Of a stretch of 48,906 nucleotides of DNA, positions 26,114 through 40,400 are shown in pieces (within the stretch, counting starts at the first letter, position 1; the number at the start of each line of letters is the position of its first letter). The position numbers were made by a program, and so were the translations under genes. Origin of the DNA: Macrostomum lignano (lineage: Eukaryota); assembly GCA_002269645.1 (NCBI GenBank), contig NIVC01002253.1, forward strand, positions 1 through 48,906, given 5' to 3'. Below the pieces are notes generated by a model. The model searched no databases, was not told the DNA's origin, and saw only the letters and a program-made list of their open reading frames with translations.

Positions 26114-29100
26114 ATGCTGCAAAGTTTACAAACTATGAGTTGGCACACAAAATCAAATCATATCGTTTGCCTCAGCTTATTGGCAATAATTGCATGGCAA
26201 CCATATTTTATTGCGGCCGAAAGCAAGTCTGCTTACACCGAAGCACTGCTTGGATTTGTTGATAATGTTCTATTGAGCAGCAACAAAGTGCCTCTAAGCA
26301 GCTACAATTCTAACGACTTCTCTATGGACCAGCTAATCCGAAGGCTTTCAGCAGCCTCACTTTCTCGTGGGGGAATTTTTCGCGACAACTTGGACACAAC
26401 TTGGACACTGGACGAGCTGTTGGAAAGTGCGGGCATAGGAGAGAACTGCACCAGAGATTTGAAACTTCTTGGGGAGGCCGTGCTTCGAATGAAAGGATGG
26501 GCTTTGCCGTGTGAGTGAATGCGATTTGTTTTGCGGGGAATCTTTCTTCTGAGGGCAATTTTCCGGATAAGAATCCAAAAGTGCATCTTTTTCAAAATTA
26601 GAAAAAATCTAAAGGGTAATCTTGCTCTAGGGGGATCCCTGGATTAGAATTCAGTGAGGAATTCTTCTATTTGGTGAAATCTTTTAGATAAGAATTCTCG
26701 TTAGGGGGAATCTTTTGCTTGAGAGAATTTTCCAGAAAAAAATCCAACGGGGAATCTTTGCCTTGAGAGAATTCTCCTGAAAAAAATCAAACAAGGAATC
26801 TTTCCCGAGAGAATTTTCCAGAAAAAATCCAACAGGATATCTTTACCGAGAGAATTTTCCAGAAAAAATCCAACAGGATATCTTTACCGAGAGAATTTTC
26901 CAGAAAAAATCCAACAGGATATCTTTACCGAGAGAATTTTCCAGAAAAAATCCAACAGGATATCTTTACCGAGAGAATTTTCCAGGAAAATCCAACATGA
27001 ATCTTTCCAGAGAGAATTTTCCAGAAAAAATCCAACATGAATCTTTCCAGAGAGAATTTTCCAGAAAAAATCCAACAGGATATCTTTACCGAGAGAATTT
27101 TCCAGAAAAAATCCAACAGGATATCTTTACCGAGAGAATTTTCCAGAAAAAATCCAACAGGATATCTTTACCGAGAGAATTTTCCAGAAAAAATCCAACA
27201 GGATATCTTTACCGAGAGAATTTTCCAGGAAAATCCAACATGAATCTTTCCAGAGAGAATTTTCCAGAAAAAATCCAACAGGAAATCTTTCCAGAGAGAA
27301 TTTTCCAGAAAAAATCCAACAGGATATCTTTACCGAGAGAATTTTCCAGGAAAATCCAACATGAATCTTTCCAGAGAGAATTTTCCAGAAAAAATCCAAC
27401 AGGAAATCTTTCCAGAGAGAATTTTCCAGAAAAAATCCAACAGGAAATCTTTCCAGAGAGAATTTTCCAGAAAAAATCCAACAGGAAATCTTTCAAGAGA
27501 GAATTTTCCAGAAAAAATCCAACAGGAAATCTTTACCGAGAGAGTTTTCCAGAAAAAAATCTAACGGAGAATATTTCTCGAGAGAGAATTCTTTAGATTA
27601 AAATCGAATAAAGAATTTTCCCTTTTGTTTAAATATTTAGAAATATCTTCTCTGAAATAATTCTCCAGGTAAAAAATCTAACGGGAATTTTTTTCTTCTA
27701 GATAATTCTTTAGTTGATCATCTGAAGATTTGTTAGAAAAAAAGACGAAAACTACTCGTATAAGTATAAAGATTCCAATCCACCACCAAAACAACACCTC
27801 ACCAGTCATCGACTCGATCGGCCGGCCGCAGGCGGGTCTACTCAACGGAGCCACTACTTGGTTGGGCAGCTTCGACCAGTGCCTGGCAGCTGGTGCCAAC
27901 TTCACAGACGAGAACGGCACAGTCGAGTCTGAGCAGTTCTCAGGCGCCTACTGCCTTCTGCAATTGCAAAGTTGGTCAGATAAATCCAAGTTAAAAATTT
28001 TAATTACGATTGGCACCTGTTGGCCCGACAGCTGCTCAATGCGGGACGCTGTTAATGCGACAAAGCATTTGGCAAATTTCACGTCGGTGGTCGACGTGGG
28101 GCGGCTGGATGTCAGGCCGGCGGCGCCTGACTGCCGATCGGCTGCTGGCGCCAAGACTGACAGCTTAGAGCCTGGCGCCATTGCTATGCTGTGAGCACAA
28201 TAAGAGTGCATGACTGTCTTTGAATATGTATGTAAAAAAACAATAACTCAAGAGAACAAAATCATTTTTATCGTGTCAAATTGCAGTCACATTAGTGTCA
28301 GATTGTACTCAAAATTAGTGTCAGATTGTGCTCAAATTAGTGTCAGATTAAATCCCAAATTAGTGTCAGATTGTACCCCAAATAAGTGCCAGATTTTACT
28401 CCAAATTAGTGTCAGATTAAATCCCAAATTAGTGTCAGATTGTATCCAATTTTGTGTCAGATTGTACTCCAAGTTAGTGTCAGATTGTATCCGAAATCAA
28501 TGTCAGATTGTACTCAAAATTAGTGTCAGATTAAATCCCAAATTAGTGTCAGATTTTACCCCAAATTAGTGTCAGATTGTACCCCAAATAAGTGTCAGAT
28601 TGTACCCCAAATAAGTGTCAGATTGTACCCCAAATAAGTGTCAGATTGTACCCCAAATTAGTGTTAGATTGTACTCCAAATAAGTATCAGATTGAACTCC
28701 AAACTAGTGTCAGATTGTACCCCAAATTAGTGTCAGATTGTACCTCAAATTAGTGTCAGATTGTACCCCAAGTTAGTGTCAGATTGTACCCCAAATTAGT
28801 GTCAGATTGTACCCCAAATTAGTGTCAGATTGTACCCCAAATTAGTGTCAGATTGACCCCAAATTAGTGTCAGCCTCTCTCATCTGACATCACAAAAGCG
28901 CCATCCTGAGCCTCATTGCCGCCTGCCTCATCGGCGGCACGGGCATCGACCTGTACCAGCGCAGCCGGTCAAGAAGCGCCGCTGCGGCCGCCGCCAAAGC
29001 GCCGGTGCAGGCCTCGGGTTCGGCTTCCTCTGCGGCCGCCGCGGTGGCAGCTGAAGCGGCCGCAGTCGGGTACAACGCCGACAACAATGGCGCGAACAAC

Positions 29101-32100
29101 GATTTCGACAGCAGTGAGACGGCGGGCGACGAGGAGGCGCTGATAGCAGCCACGGTTATCCATCGAGACAATCGGGGCGGAGGCGCCGGAATCGGCTGCT
29201 GCCGCTGCTGGGTAATGTTGCTGAATTTTCAATTTACCCCTCAGATGGCGCCAGCCCCAGAAATGGCCCCAACCCTTTTAACAATGGCGCCACCTCCCTT
29301 AACAGTAGCGTCACCCAATTAACAATGACACATCTTTCCCTTTACAATGGCGCCAACTCCCTTAATAGACGGCGCCAACCCCCTTAACAATGGCACTTCT
29401 TCCTTAGCAATGGCGCCCCCCATTAACAATTTCGCCACCCCATTAACAATGGCGCCTTTCCCTTAAAAATGACCCCAACCCCTTAACAATGGCGCCTTTC
29501 CCTTAACAATGACCCCAACCCCTTAACAATGGCGCCTTTCCCTTAACAATGACCCCAACCCCTTAACAATGGCGCCTTTCCCTTAACAATGGCGCCTTTC
29601 CCTTAACAATGACCCCAACCCCTTAACAATGGCGCCTTTCCCTTAACAATGGCGCCTTTCCCTTAACAATGACCCCAACCCCTTAACAATGGCGCCTTTC
29701 CCTTAACAATGGCGCCTTTCCCTTAACAATGACCCCAACCCCTTAACAATGGCGCCTTTCCTTTAACAATGGCGCCTTTCCCTTAACAATGGCGCCTTTC
29801 CCTTAACAATGACCCCAACCCCTTAACAATGGTGCTAACTCCCTTAACAATGGCGCCACCCAATTAACAATGGCGCCTTTCCCTTAACAATGGCGCCTTT
29901 CCCTTAACAATGGCGCCTTTCCCTTAACAATGACCCCAACCCCTTAACAATGGTGCTAACTCCCTTAACAATGGCGCCTTTCCCTTAACAATGACCCCAA
30001 CCCCTTAACAATGGCGCTAACTCTTTTAAAAATGGCGCCTTTTCCCTAACAATGGCGCTAACTCCCTTAACAATGGCGCTAACTCTTTTAAAAATGGCGC
30101 CTTTTCCCTAACAATGGCACTAACTCCCTTAATAACGGTGCCAACTCCTTTAACCAGCTAAAACTTCCATCGAACCACCAAACAACCATCTAGGCGGTCT
30201 AAAGTCCATCCTACTCTGCTTCTCCGTGAGGACAAACGCAGCCAAATTGATGGACCAACGACAGGCCTCCAGTAGCCTTCGATGCGTGAACGGAATCCGG
30301 TTCATCTCGATGTCCTGGGTCATCCTGAGTCACACCTACATGGTGGGCCTCATCAACGCATCAAACTTGGGCCAGCTGGTACCCCAGTGGTTGAACGATT
30401 GGACTTTTCAAGCCGTGCTCAATGCTACCGTGTCTGTTGATACCTTCTTTGTGCTCAGCGGGCTCCTTGCTACTTACTTGTTCCTGCGAGAGCTTGACAG
30501 GCGAGGGGGGCAGTTGAAACGAATTAATTGGTTGAGATTTTATTTGCACAGGTGAGCAGGGTCAGGTGAGACTGAATTTGAGTATCTGGAATTTTTACGG
30601 CTCGGGATCTGGGATTTGTAGGGTTGGGGATCTGGGATTTGTAGGGTTGGGGATCTGGGATTTGTAGGGTTGGGGATCTGGGATTTGTAGGGCTGGGGAT
30701 CTGGGATTTGTAGGGTTGGGGATCTGGGATTTGTAGGGCTGGGGATCTGGGATTTGTAGGGCTGGGGATCTGGGATTTGTAGGGCTGGGGATCTGGGATT
30801 TGTAGGGTTGGGGATCTGGGATTTGTAGGGTTGGGGATCTGGGATTTGTAGGGTTGGGGATCTGGGATTTGTAGGGTTGGGGATCTGGGATTTGTAGGGC
30901 TGGGAATCTGAGATTTGTATGGTTAGGGATTTAGGATTTGTAGGGTTGGGGATCTGGGATTTGTAGGGCTGGGAATCTGAGATTTGTATGGTTAGGGATT
31001 TAGGATTTGTAGGGCTGGGGATCTGGGATTTGTAGGGCTGGGGATCTGGGATTTGTAGGGCTGGGAATCTGAGATTTGTAGGGCTGGGGATCTGGGATTT
31101 GTAGGGCTGGGGATCTGAGATTTGTAGGGCTGGGGATCTGGGATTTGTAGGGTTGGGGATCTGGGATTTGTAGGGTTGGGGATCTGGGATTTGTAGGGTT
31201 GGGGATCTGGGATTTGTAGGGTTGGGGATCTGGGATTTGTAGGGTTGGGGATCTGGGATTTGTAGGGCTGGGGATCTGGGATTTGAAGGCCATAATCATA
31301 GTTTTTGTGAAAGCCTTCGTCTATGCCTAATATATATAAAAAAATTTAATTTTATAAATAATCCTTTCTGACCCTCCACAGGTACTGGCGTCTAACAGCC
31401 CCTTACATGCTGGTCCTGGGCGCGTACACAACCCTGGCCCAGTACCTGTACGACGGGCCAAGGTATCCGCGAAACGGGTTCGATGCCAACTGCCGAACTG
31501 TTTGGTGGCGCAACCTGCTGTACATAAATAATTTTTTCAGCATGAGGGATATGGTGAGAACTTTTGGCTTGGTTTCTTATAAAAGTCTTAAAATTCTGCT
31601 TCAAAGTTTCTTTATTTATATTTTAGGATGCTTAAGTCAGTAGTATAAGAACAGTACAAAATGTTTAGACAATTGGACTATGTCTATTGTCAAAAGTGTG
31701 TCTAGATCACTATCGTCAAAAGTATGTCTAAATCATTGTGAAAAGCATGTCTAGATCAGTGTAAAACGTACGTCTAGGTTAGTAAGTATGTCCAGATCAT
31801 CTTCAAAAATATGTCCAGATCATTGTCAAAAACCATATCTAGATCATTGTCAATAGCATGTCTAGATCATTGTCAAAAGCATGTCTAGATCATTGTCAAA
31901 AGCATGTCTAGATCATTGTCAAAAACCATTTTTAGATCATTGTCAAAAACCATATCTAGATCATTGTCAATAGCATGTCTAGATCAATGTCAATAGCATG
32001 TCTAGATCAATGTCAAAAGCATGTCTAGATCATTGTCAAAAACCATATCTAGATCCTTGTCAAAAACCATATCTAGATCCTTGTCAATAGCATGTCTAGA

Positions 32101-34892
32101 TCATTGTCAAAAACTATAACTAGATCATTGTCAATAGTATGTCTAGATCATTGTAAAAAAACATGTCTAGATCATTGTCAAAAGCATGTCTAGATCATTG
32201 TAAAAAAACATGTCTAGATCATTGTCAAAAGCATGTCTAGATCATTGTCAATAGCATGTCTAGATCATTGTCAAAAGCATGTCTAGATCATTGTCAAAAA
32301 CCATATCTAGATCATTGTCAATAGCATGTCTAGATCATTGTCAAAAGCATGTCTAGATCATTGTCAATAGCATGTCTAGATCATTGTCAAAAGCATGTCT
32401 AGATCATTGTCAAATGCATGTCTAGATCATTGTCAAAAGCATGTCTAGATCATTGTCAAAAGCATGTCTAGATCATTGTCAAAAGCATGTCTAGATCATT
32501 GTCAATAGCATGTCTAGATCATTGTCAAAAGCATGTCTAGATCATTGTCAAAAGCATGTCTAGATCATTGTCAATAGCATGTCTAGATCAATGTCAAAAG
32601 CATGTCTAGATCATTGTCAAAAACCATATCTAGATCCTTGTCAAAAACCATATCTAGATCCTTGTCAATAGCATGTCTAGATCATTGTCAAAAACTATAA
32701 CTAGATCATTGTCAATAGTATGTCTAGATCATTGTAAAAAAACATGTCTAGATCATTGTCAAAAGCATGTCTAGATCATTGTAAAAAAACATGTCTAGAT
32801 CATTGTCAAAAGCATGTCTAGATCATTGTCAAAAGCATGTCTAGATCATTGTCAAAAGCATGTCTAGATCATTGTCAATAGCATGCCTAGATCATTGTCA
32901 AAAACCATATCTAGATCATTGCCAAAAGCATGTCTAGATCATTGTCAAAAACCATATCTAGATCATTGTCAAAAGCATGTCTAGATCATTGTCAAAAGCA
33001 TGTCTAGATCATTGTCAAAAGCATGTCTAGATCATTGTCAAAAGCATGTCTAGATCATTGTCAAAAGCATGTCTAGATCATTGTCAAAAGCATGTCTAGA
33101 TCATTGTCAAAAGCATGTCTAGATCATTGTCAAAAGCATGTCTAGATCATTGTCAAAAGCATGTCTAGATCATTGTCAAAAGCATGTCTAGATCCTTGTC
33201 AATAGCATGTCTAGATCATTGTCAAAAACTATAACTAGATCATTGTCAATAGTATGTCTAGATCATTGTAAAAAAACATGTCTAGATCATTGTCAAAAGC
33301 ATGTCTAGATCATTGTAAAAAAACATGTCTAGATCATTGTCAAAAGCATGTCTAGATCATTGTCAAAAGCATGTCTAGATCATTGTCAAAAGCATGTCTA
33401 GATCATTGTCAATAGCATGCCTAGATCATTGTCAAAAACCATGTCTAGATCATTGTCAAAAGCATGTCTAGATCATTGTCAAAAGCATGTCTAGATCATT
33501 GTCAAAAGCATGTCTAGATCATTGTCAAAAACCATATCTAGATCATTGTCAAAAGCATGTCTAGATCATTGTCAATAGCATGTCTAGATCATTGTCAAAA
33601 GCATGTCTAGATCATTGTCAAAAGCATGTCTAGATCATTGTCAAAAGCATGTCTAGATCATTGTCAAAAGCATGTCTAGATCATTGTCAAAAGCATGTCT
33701 AGATCATTGTCAAAAGCATGTCTAGATCATTGTCAAAAGCATGTCTAGATCATTGTCAAAAGCATGTCTAGATCATTGTCAAAAGCATGTCTAGATCATT
33801 GTCAAAAGCATGTCTAGATCATTGTCAATAGCATGTCTAGATCATTGTCAAAAGCATGTCTAGATCATTGTCAAAAGCATGTCTAGATCATTGTCAAAAG
33901 CATGTCTAGATCATTGTCAATAGCATGTCTAGATCATTGTCAAAAACCATATCTAGATCATTGTCAAAAGCATGTCTAGATCATTGTCAATAGCATGTCT
34001 AGATCATTGTCAAAAGCATGTCTAGATCATTGTCAAATGCATGTCTAGATCATTGTCAAAAGCATGTCTAGATCATTGTCAAAAGCATGTCTAGATCATT
34101 GTCAAAAGCATGTCTAGATCATTGTCAATAGCATGTCTAGATCATTGTCAAAAGCATGTCTAGATCATTGTCAAAAGCATGTCTAGATCATTGTCAATAG
34201 CATGTCTAGATCATTGTCAATAGCATGTCTAGATCATTGTCAAAAGTGTTGGCTTAGAGATAACCCACGGAATAACTGAATATTCAAGCAGTTGATAAAT
34301 GCTTAACCGATCACCTCTTACACCGTCCCGCCAGTGCATGTCCTGGAGCTGGTACCTGGCCAACGACATGCAATTCTACGCTGTCAGCCCGCTATTCATG
34401 ACTCTCATGGCCAAACGGCCAGCCTTGGGAGTCGCCGCCGCTATGCTAGCCATCGTTGCGAGCAGTGTCGGCTTGGGAGTTTACTGCACACTGGCTGGCA
34501 TCGGGGTGTTTGGCCCCGGCACTGGAGGTGAGGAGATGTGGAACCGAGACGCTCTGGACTCAATTTACATCCGGCCCTGGTTCCGCATAGGACCGTATCT
34601 GGTGGGCAGTCTGGCTGGTATGCTGACTCATCGACTGTTGTCGGCAGAGCTTGTCGATGCCAGATTTCCATATCGACGACAGAGGGGCAGCCTGAGGCTG
34701 CACTGGTCTGTGCGACTGCTGGGCTGGGCTACAGCGGCCGTTCTCTGCCTCAGTGTGCTCTACGGACTGTTCGATGTGCAGCGAGGCCTTGTGGTGCTGT
34801 CGCAGCCTGTGGCGTCTCTGTATAATGCCACCTTTAGGCTGGCTTGGTCCATTGGTGAGCGGTGAATGCGATTGGTTAAGTTAGCTAGCTAA

Positions 34893-34981
<89 letters not shown>

Positions 34982-35008
34982 GTGTTAGTTAGTTAGTTAG
35001 TTAGTTAT

Positions 35009-35051
<43 letters not shown>

Positions 35052-35397
35052 CCTGGTAGCTAGCTTAGTTAATTAGTTAGTATCTGAACATCTGCAACCC
35101 GCAGGCATTGCCTGGGTAGTCGTGGCCTGCTGCACCGGAAACGGCGGCTTGGTTTCGGAGTTTCTGTCAGCCGGAATTTTCGCCCCTCTTTCCCGGTTGA
35201 GCTACTGCGCCTATCTGCTGCACCCAGTTATCATTGTCGCCATGGAGACCGCTCGCAGAGACACCTTTCAATGGAACAGCTGGACTCCAGTTGGGAATTT
35301 TTTGGCTTACCTGGCTACCTCTTACGGGGTCGCTTTTGGCGCTTCTCTGGCGTTCGAGTCTCCGCTAATTGCGTTGGAAAGATTGGCTGTCGAGTGA
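26114..35397 (+). CDS. NRF-6 (nose resistant to fluoxetine 6)/OACYL-like protein: signal peptide, NRF domain and acyltransferase-3 membrane domain, 7 exons, ~808 aa
   Basis: Exons 26114-26510, 27806-28190, 28899-29211, 30205-30551, 31382-31553, 34335-34854 and 35105-35397, total 2427 nt, phase-compatible. Motifs: CTRDL...WALP|FIDSIG...GATTWLGSFDQC, GTCWPDSC, LRCVNGIRFISMSWVILSHTY, SVDTFFVLSGLL, HR|YWRLT, WWRNLLYINNF, CMSWSWYLANDMQFY, IYIRPWFRIGPYLVG, PLSRLSYCAYLLHP, FESP. The start could be 26114 or 26135, and the exon 3/4 junction has an alternative (29113 joined to 30194). Confidence 0.93.
26690..27595. repeat. 41-bp minisatellite GAGAGAATTTTCCAGAAAAAATCCAACAGGATATCTTTACC, NRF-6 intron 1
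   Basis: Unit starts at 26848 and 26889, about 20 copies. Confidence 0.96.
28290..28873. repeat. 23-bp minisatellite TAGTGTCAGATTGTACCCCAAAT, NRF-6 intron 2
   Basis: About 25 copies, ending ~25 bp before the acceptor at 28898. Confidence 0.96.
29240..30150. repeat. 20-bp minisatellite CCTTAACAAT(GGCGCCTTTC/GACCCCAACC), NRF-6 intron 3
   Basis: Exact 20-bp periodicity over 29461-29820 with two alternating unit types. Confidence 0.96.
30605..31285. repeat. 23-bp G-rich minisatellite GGGATCTGGGATTTGTAGGG(T/C)TG, NRF-6 intron 4
   Basis: About 29 copies. Confidence 0.97.
31690..34246. repeat. 23-bp minisatellite GCATGTCTAGATCATTGTCAAAA (~2.5 kb), NRF-6 intron 5
   Basis: About 105-110 copies. 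The variant ACTATAAC recurs at 32113, 32694 and 33228. Confidence 0.98.
34875..35080. repeat. (TTAG)n microsatellite, NRF-6 intron 6
   Basis: About 45 TTAG units. Confidence 0.97.
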
Positions 35398-35649
35398 CAC
35401 TGGAGGACGTTGCTTCTGTTACCTGCACTTTACTGACTCCGTTATTATAGAACATTCAAGTACACAGAGAGACTGCAGAGATGCTTATATTTTGTTAAAA
35501 CTTGCTTTTAACATAAAATGTGGAATATACTAACTTATTAGAGATTAGTATCCATGAATGATTTTATAAAAAAATGATAAAATTTGCCGTGTTTTACGAG
35601 TCTGTGCATCTTTTGTCACGCACTGACAAGTCGACTAACAGACAACAGA

Positions 35650-36560
<911 letters not shown>

Positions 36561-37444
36561 CTCATCTCTCCTTACACCTCTTCAATTTACAGAGAATGAC
36601 TCAATGACTCAATTTTGAAGTCAATCGCTTTAGGTGGAGCAAACTTATGGCAGCCAAATTAAATTAGTCAATTTTTAAACCCCATTTTTGCACATCTCGC
36701 TGCATTTAATAAAAGTACCTTCTTTTGCCCCCAAGCTAGTAATTGTCTATGGCCCAAACTCCCACTTTCGGTTTCAGCCTCCAACTAACTGTGGGCCTAT
36801 GGAGAGCCTATAGTCTATTTTTAAACCCATTTACCCTCTCTGCGCGCAGATCGGGAAAGAGGCAGGCGGAGGTTGGGGTGGCTCTCTCGCTGACAAAAAA
36901 AAGCCTAACTTTAAAAGTGCACAGCGCCGTTCAGTATTAACTCTGAGACTCCAAATTTTATACGATTGTGTCAAAATAGTTGAAAATTGATTGTATCAAA
37001 TTTGAAGAGGATTGGTAAAACTGAAGCGGAGCTATGTAGGATTTCGTGAAAAATCGCACATTTGAGAACTTTTAGTTAGGAAATTTTAAGGTAGCCTAAG
37101 ATATTCTCCGTAGTAAGTTTAGGGTGGGTGCAAAATTTGGTGTAATTTAGTTGAGCAGTTTGAGAGTCCATAGCGAAGTAATCTATACTATAATCTAATA
37201 GAGAGATAGATAGATTCATATTCATTTTCATTCATTTTCAGATAAATTCATTTTCGTGTCTCAAAGCAAAGGCAATTAAAAGTATTTTTTGTTCTATGGC
37301 CATAGCTCTCTCAATAATCAAGCTTGAATTGGCTTGTAAACAATCAGAATAAAAGTCTAATAATATGAAGCAATTAGTTCAGTTTTAATCAAGCACACCA
37401 GTTGGCAAAGTTCGTTGAGAGTTAGCTAGTTAAAGTTCGATAAC

Positions 37445-40400
37445 ATGGCTAACCCATCCCGCCTCATAACCATCCTGTTAGCCCTGATATCCCATCATCA
37501 GCTGACGCGCTTGGCTTTTGGCCTCTGCCCAGCACCGTCGGATCCTCCCATGGCATCGGACGACTTTTATCTCGGCAATTCGCCGTCAACTGGCGAAGAC
37601 GAGATCGACTCGCAATGGTTGGAACACTCCGGCTTCTGCTACCGGTACGTCGGCAGGCGGAAGGCCTGGTACCCGGCTGAGCTGGTCTGTCGCCACTGGG
37701 GCGGGCATCTGGTATCGATTCGTTCGACAGAAGAGAATCGCCTGATTGGCAGACTAACCAGATGTCGGAGAGTCTGGATTGGCCGGTTCGCTACGGATCT
37801 GCATCGGATTGGCGAGCCGAGCAGCTACGAGTGGACCGAGGACGAGGCCGCGGCAGCTTCATCGTCGGGGAATGGCAGCAGTGGAGCCGCGGATGCCGGA
37901 TTCTATCAGAGCTGTCACAATGTGTCGACGCAATCGATGCCAGACCGACACGCTGGGGCTCTGCTAGCGGAAGGACTGGCTTGGACTAACGAGCATTATC
38001 ACGAGAGACTGCCGTTTGTGTGCAAAACTGCCTCTACTGTTCATGATGCTGGCAGGTGAGTTTCGTTCGGCAGTAAATTGATTTGCAGTGGTTAGATTTT
38101 GGTTTAGAATGAGTCAGCTGCGCCTTCTTATGCTGGAGATTATAGGTTGGCCGTATCATGAGTTTAGTGTAGGACACTTTATCAGTTTAGTGTAGGACAT
38201 TTGATCAGTTTAGTGTAGGATATTTGATCAGTTTAGTGTAGGACGTTTGATCAGTTTAGTGTAGGACATTTGATCAGTTTAGTGTTGGACATTTGATCAG
38301 TTTAGTGTAGGACATTTGATCAGTTTAGTGTAGGACGTTTGATCAGTTTAGTGTAGGACATTTGATCAGTTTAGTGTAGGGCGTTTGATCAGTTTAGTGT
38401 AGGACGTTTGATCAGTTTAGTGTAGGACGTTTGATCAGTTTAGTGTAGGACATTTGATCAGTTTAGTGTAGGACATTTGATCAGTTTAGTGTAGAACATT
38501 TGATCAGTTTAGTGTAGGACGTTTGATCAGTTTAGTGTAGGACGTTTGATCAGTTTAGTGTAGGACGTTTGATCAGTTTAGTGTAGGACATTTGATCAGT
38601 TTAGTGTTGGACATTTGATCAGTTTAGTGTAGGACATTTGATCAGTTTAGTGTAGGGCGTTTGATCAGTTTAGTGTAGGACATTTGATCAGTTTAGTGTA
38701 GGACGTTTGATCAGTTTAGTGTAGGACATTTGATCAGTTTAGTGTAGGACGTTTGATCAGTTTAGTGTAGGACGTTTGATCAGTTTAGTGTAGGACGTTT
38801 GATCAGTTTAGTGTAGGACATTTGATCAGTTTAGTGTAAAACGTTTGATCAGTTTAGTGTAGGACGTTTGATCAGTTTAGTGTAGGACGTTTGATCTGTT
38901 TAGTGTAGGACATTTGGTGGTTCGATTTGTTTATTGTAGGACGTTTGATCAGTGTAGTGTAGGACGTTTGATTAGTTTGTCAAGCGTTTGTAACCCGCTT
39001 ATTGTGGGAGATGTATCATCAGTATGGTGTGAGGCAGTATAACCTGCCCAATTCACACGGGTCAAAGGTACTTCTGTTTCTATAAGCTGATCCTATCATC
39101 TACTGTATTGTACACTGCCTCCTCCCTTCTCCAGATGCTCCTCGCCAATGTCGCAGTTCAATGGCCACTGCTACTGGTTGTCCGACTTTGTCACCAGTTT
39201 CGTCGACGCCAGCCTGCACTGCGAGCGCGAGTTGGGCGGTCATCTAGCTTCGGTGCACAGTCCCGCTGAGGCCAGATTGATCGCCTCGCTCGAGTTGGAT
39301 AAGGACACCTGCCAGTTAAGCACCGTGTGGATTGGCTTAATCAGACAGAGTCCCTGTCGTAGGAGCCACGCTTATCCTGTTAGGGAGAATGAGGTACAGC
39401 CGTGGGAATTTGATAAAGGGGAACCTATTGATATACCTGCTGCGGGGCAAGACTGCCGAAACTAGTCAAACAAGTACTGTCGATTTATGTAATGCTCGTA
39501 GATGGTTAGACATCTGCATTACGTAGTTTTCGAGATTGGTCAGAAAATTACGAGCAAGTCTGTTGGGAATACTGCAGGTGAATCAGCTGATAAGACTGCA
39601 GGTGAATCAGTTGATAAGACTGCAGGTGAATCAGTTGATCAGACTGCAGGTGAATCAGTTGATAAGACTGCGGGTGAATCAGTTGATAAGACTACAGATG
39701 AATCAGTTGATTAGACTACAGGTGAACCAGTCGATTAGACTACAGGTAAATCTGTTGATAATACTACATGTGAATCAGTTGATAAGACTACAGGTGAATC
39801 AGTTGATTAGACTACAGGTGAACCAGTCGATTAGACTACAGGTAAATCTGTTGATAATACTACATGTGAATCAGTTGATAAGACTACAGATGAATCAGTT
39901 GATTAGACTACAGGTGAACCAGTCGATTAGACTACAGGTAAATCTGTTGATAATACTACATGTGAATCAGTTGATTAGACTACAGATAAAAAGTTCTTAC
40001 TTAAGTAGTCTATGAGACGTCCTTGGGAATCTTATAGATTTATGGTGCTAAGTAAGAAGTTTCACCTCTAGAAAGAAGACAATTCAAAAGCACTTAAAAC
40101 CAATTTAACTAAAACATAACAAACCTAAAACTAACTTATTCGATTTATAAAGTTGGTTCGATTCAAGGGCTAACCCTGTGCACCTGCGTGCCTGCATAAA
40201 GTACGCTTGCGTGTGCTCAAGGGCAGAATTGCCTGAACACGATGTCGGCAAAGGCATTGTCCCAGGTCGCTCATACCCTTTTTGCAATGAACATTATTAA
40301 TATTCCCACAGCCCTGCTATCAGTGGACCGATTTCTCAGGTGAGCTCTCCGGCTATCCATACTGGGCCAACGGTCATCCTCTCCAAACCGATGACGGTTT

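Noticed and set aside
34875-35080. (TTAG)n as an interstitial telomere
   Set aside because: The unit is TTAG rather than TTAGG or TTAGGG, so it is an ordinary tetranucleotide microsatellite.
36950-37200. Helitron/DINE-like words (CAAATTTG..., A|TCTATACTATAAT at 37182)
   Set aside because: No matching 3' hairpin-CTAG was found, so no element could be delimited.
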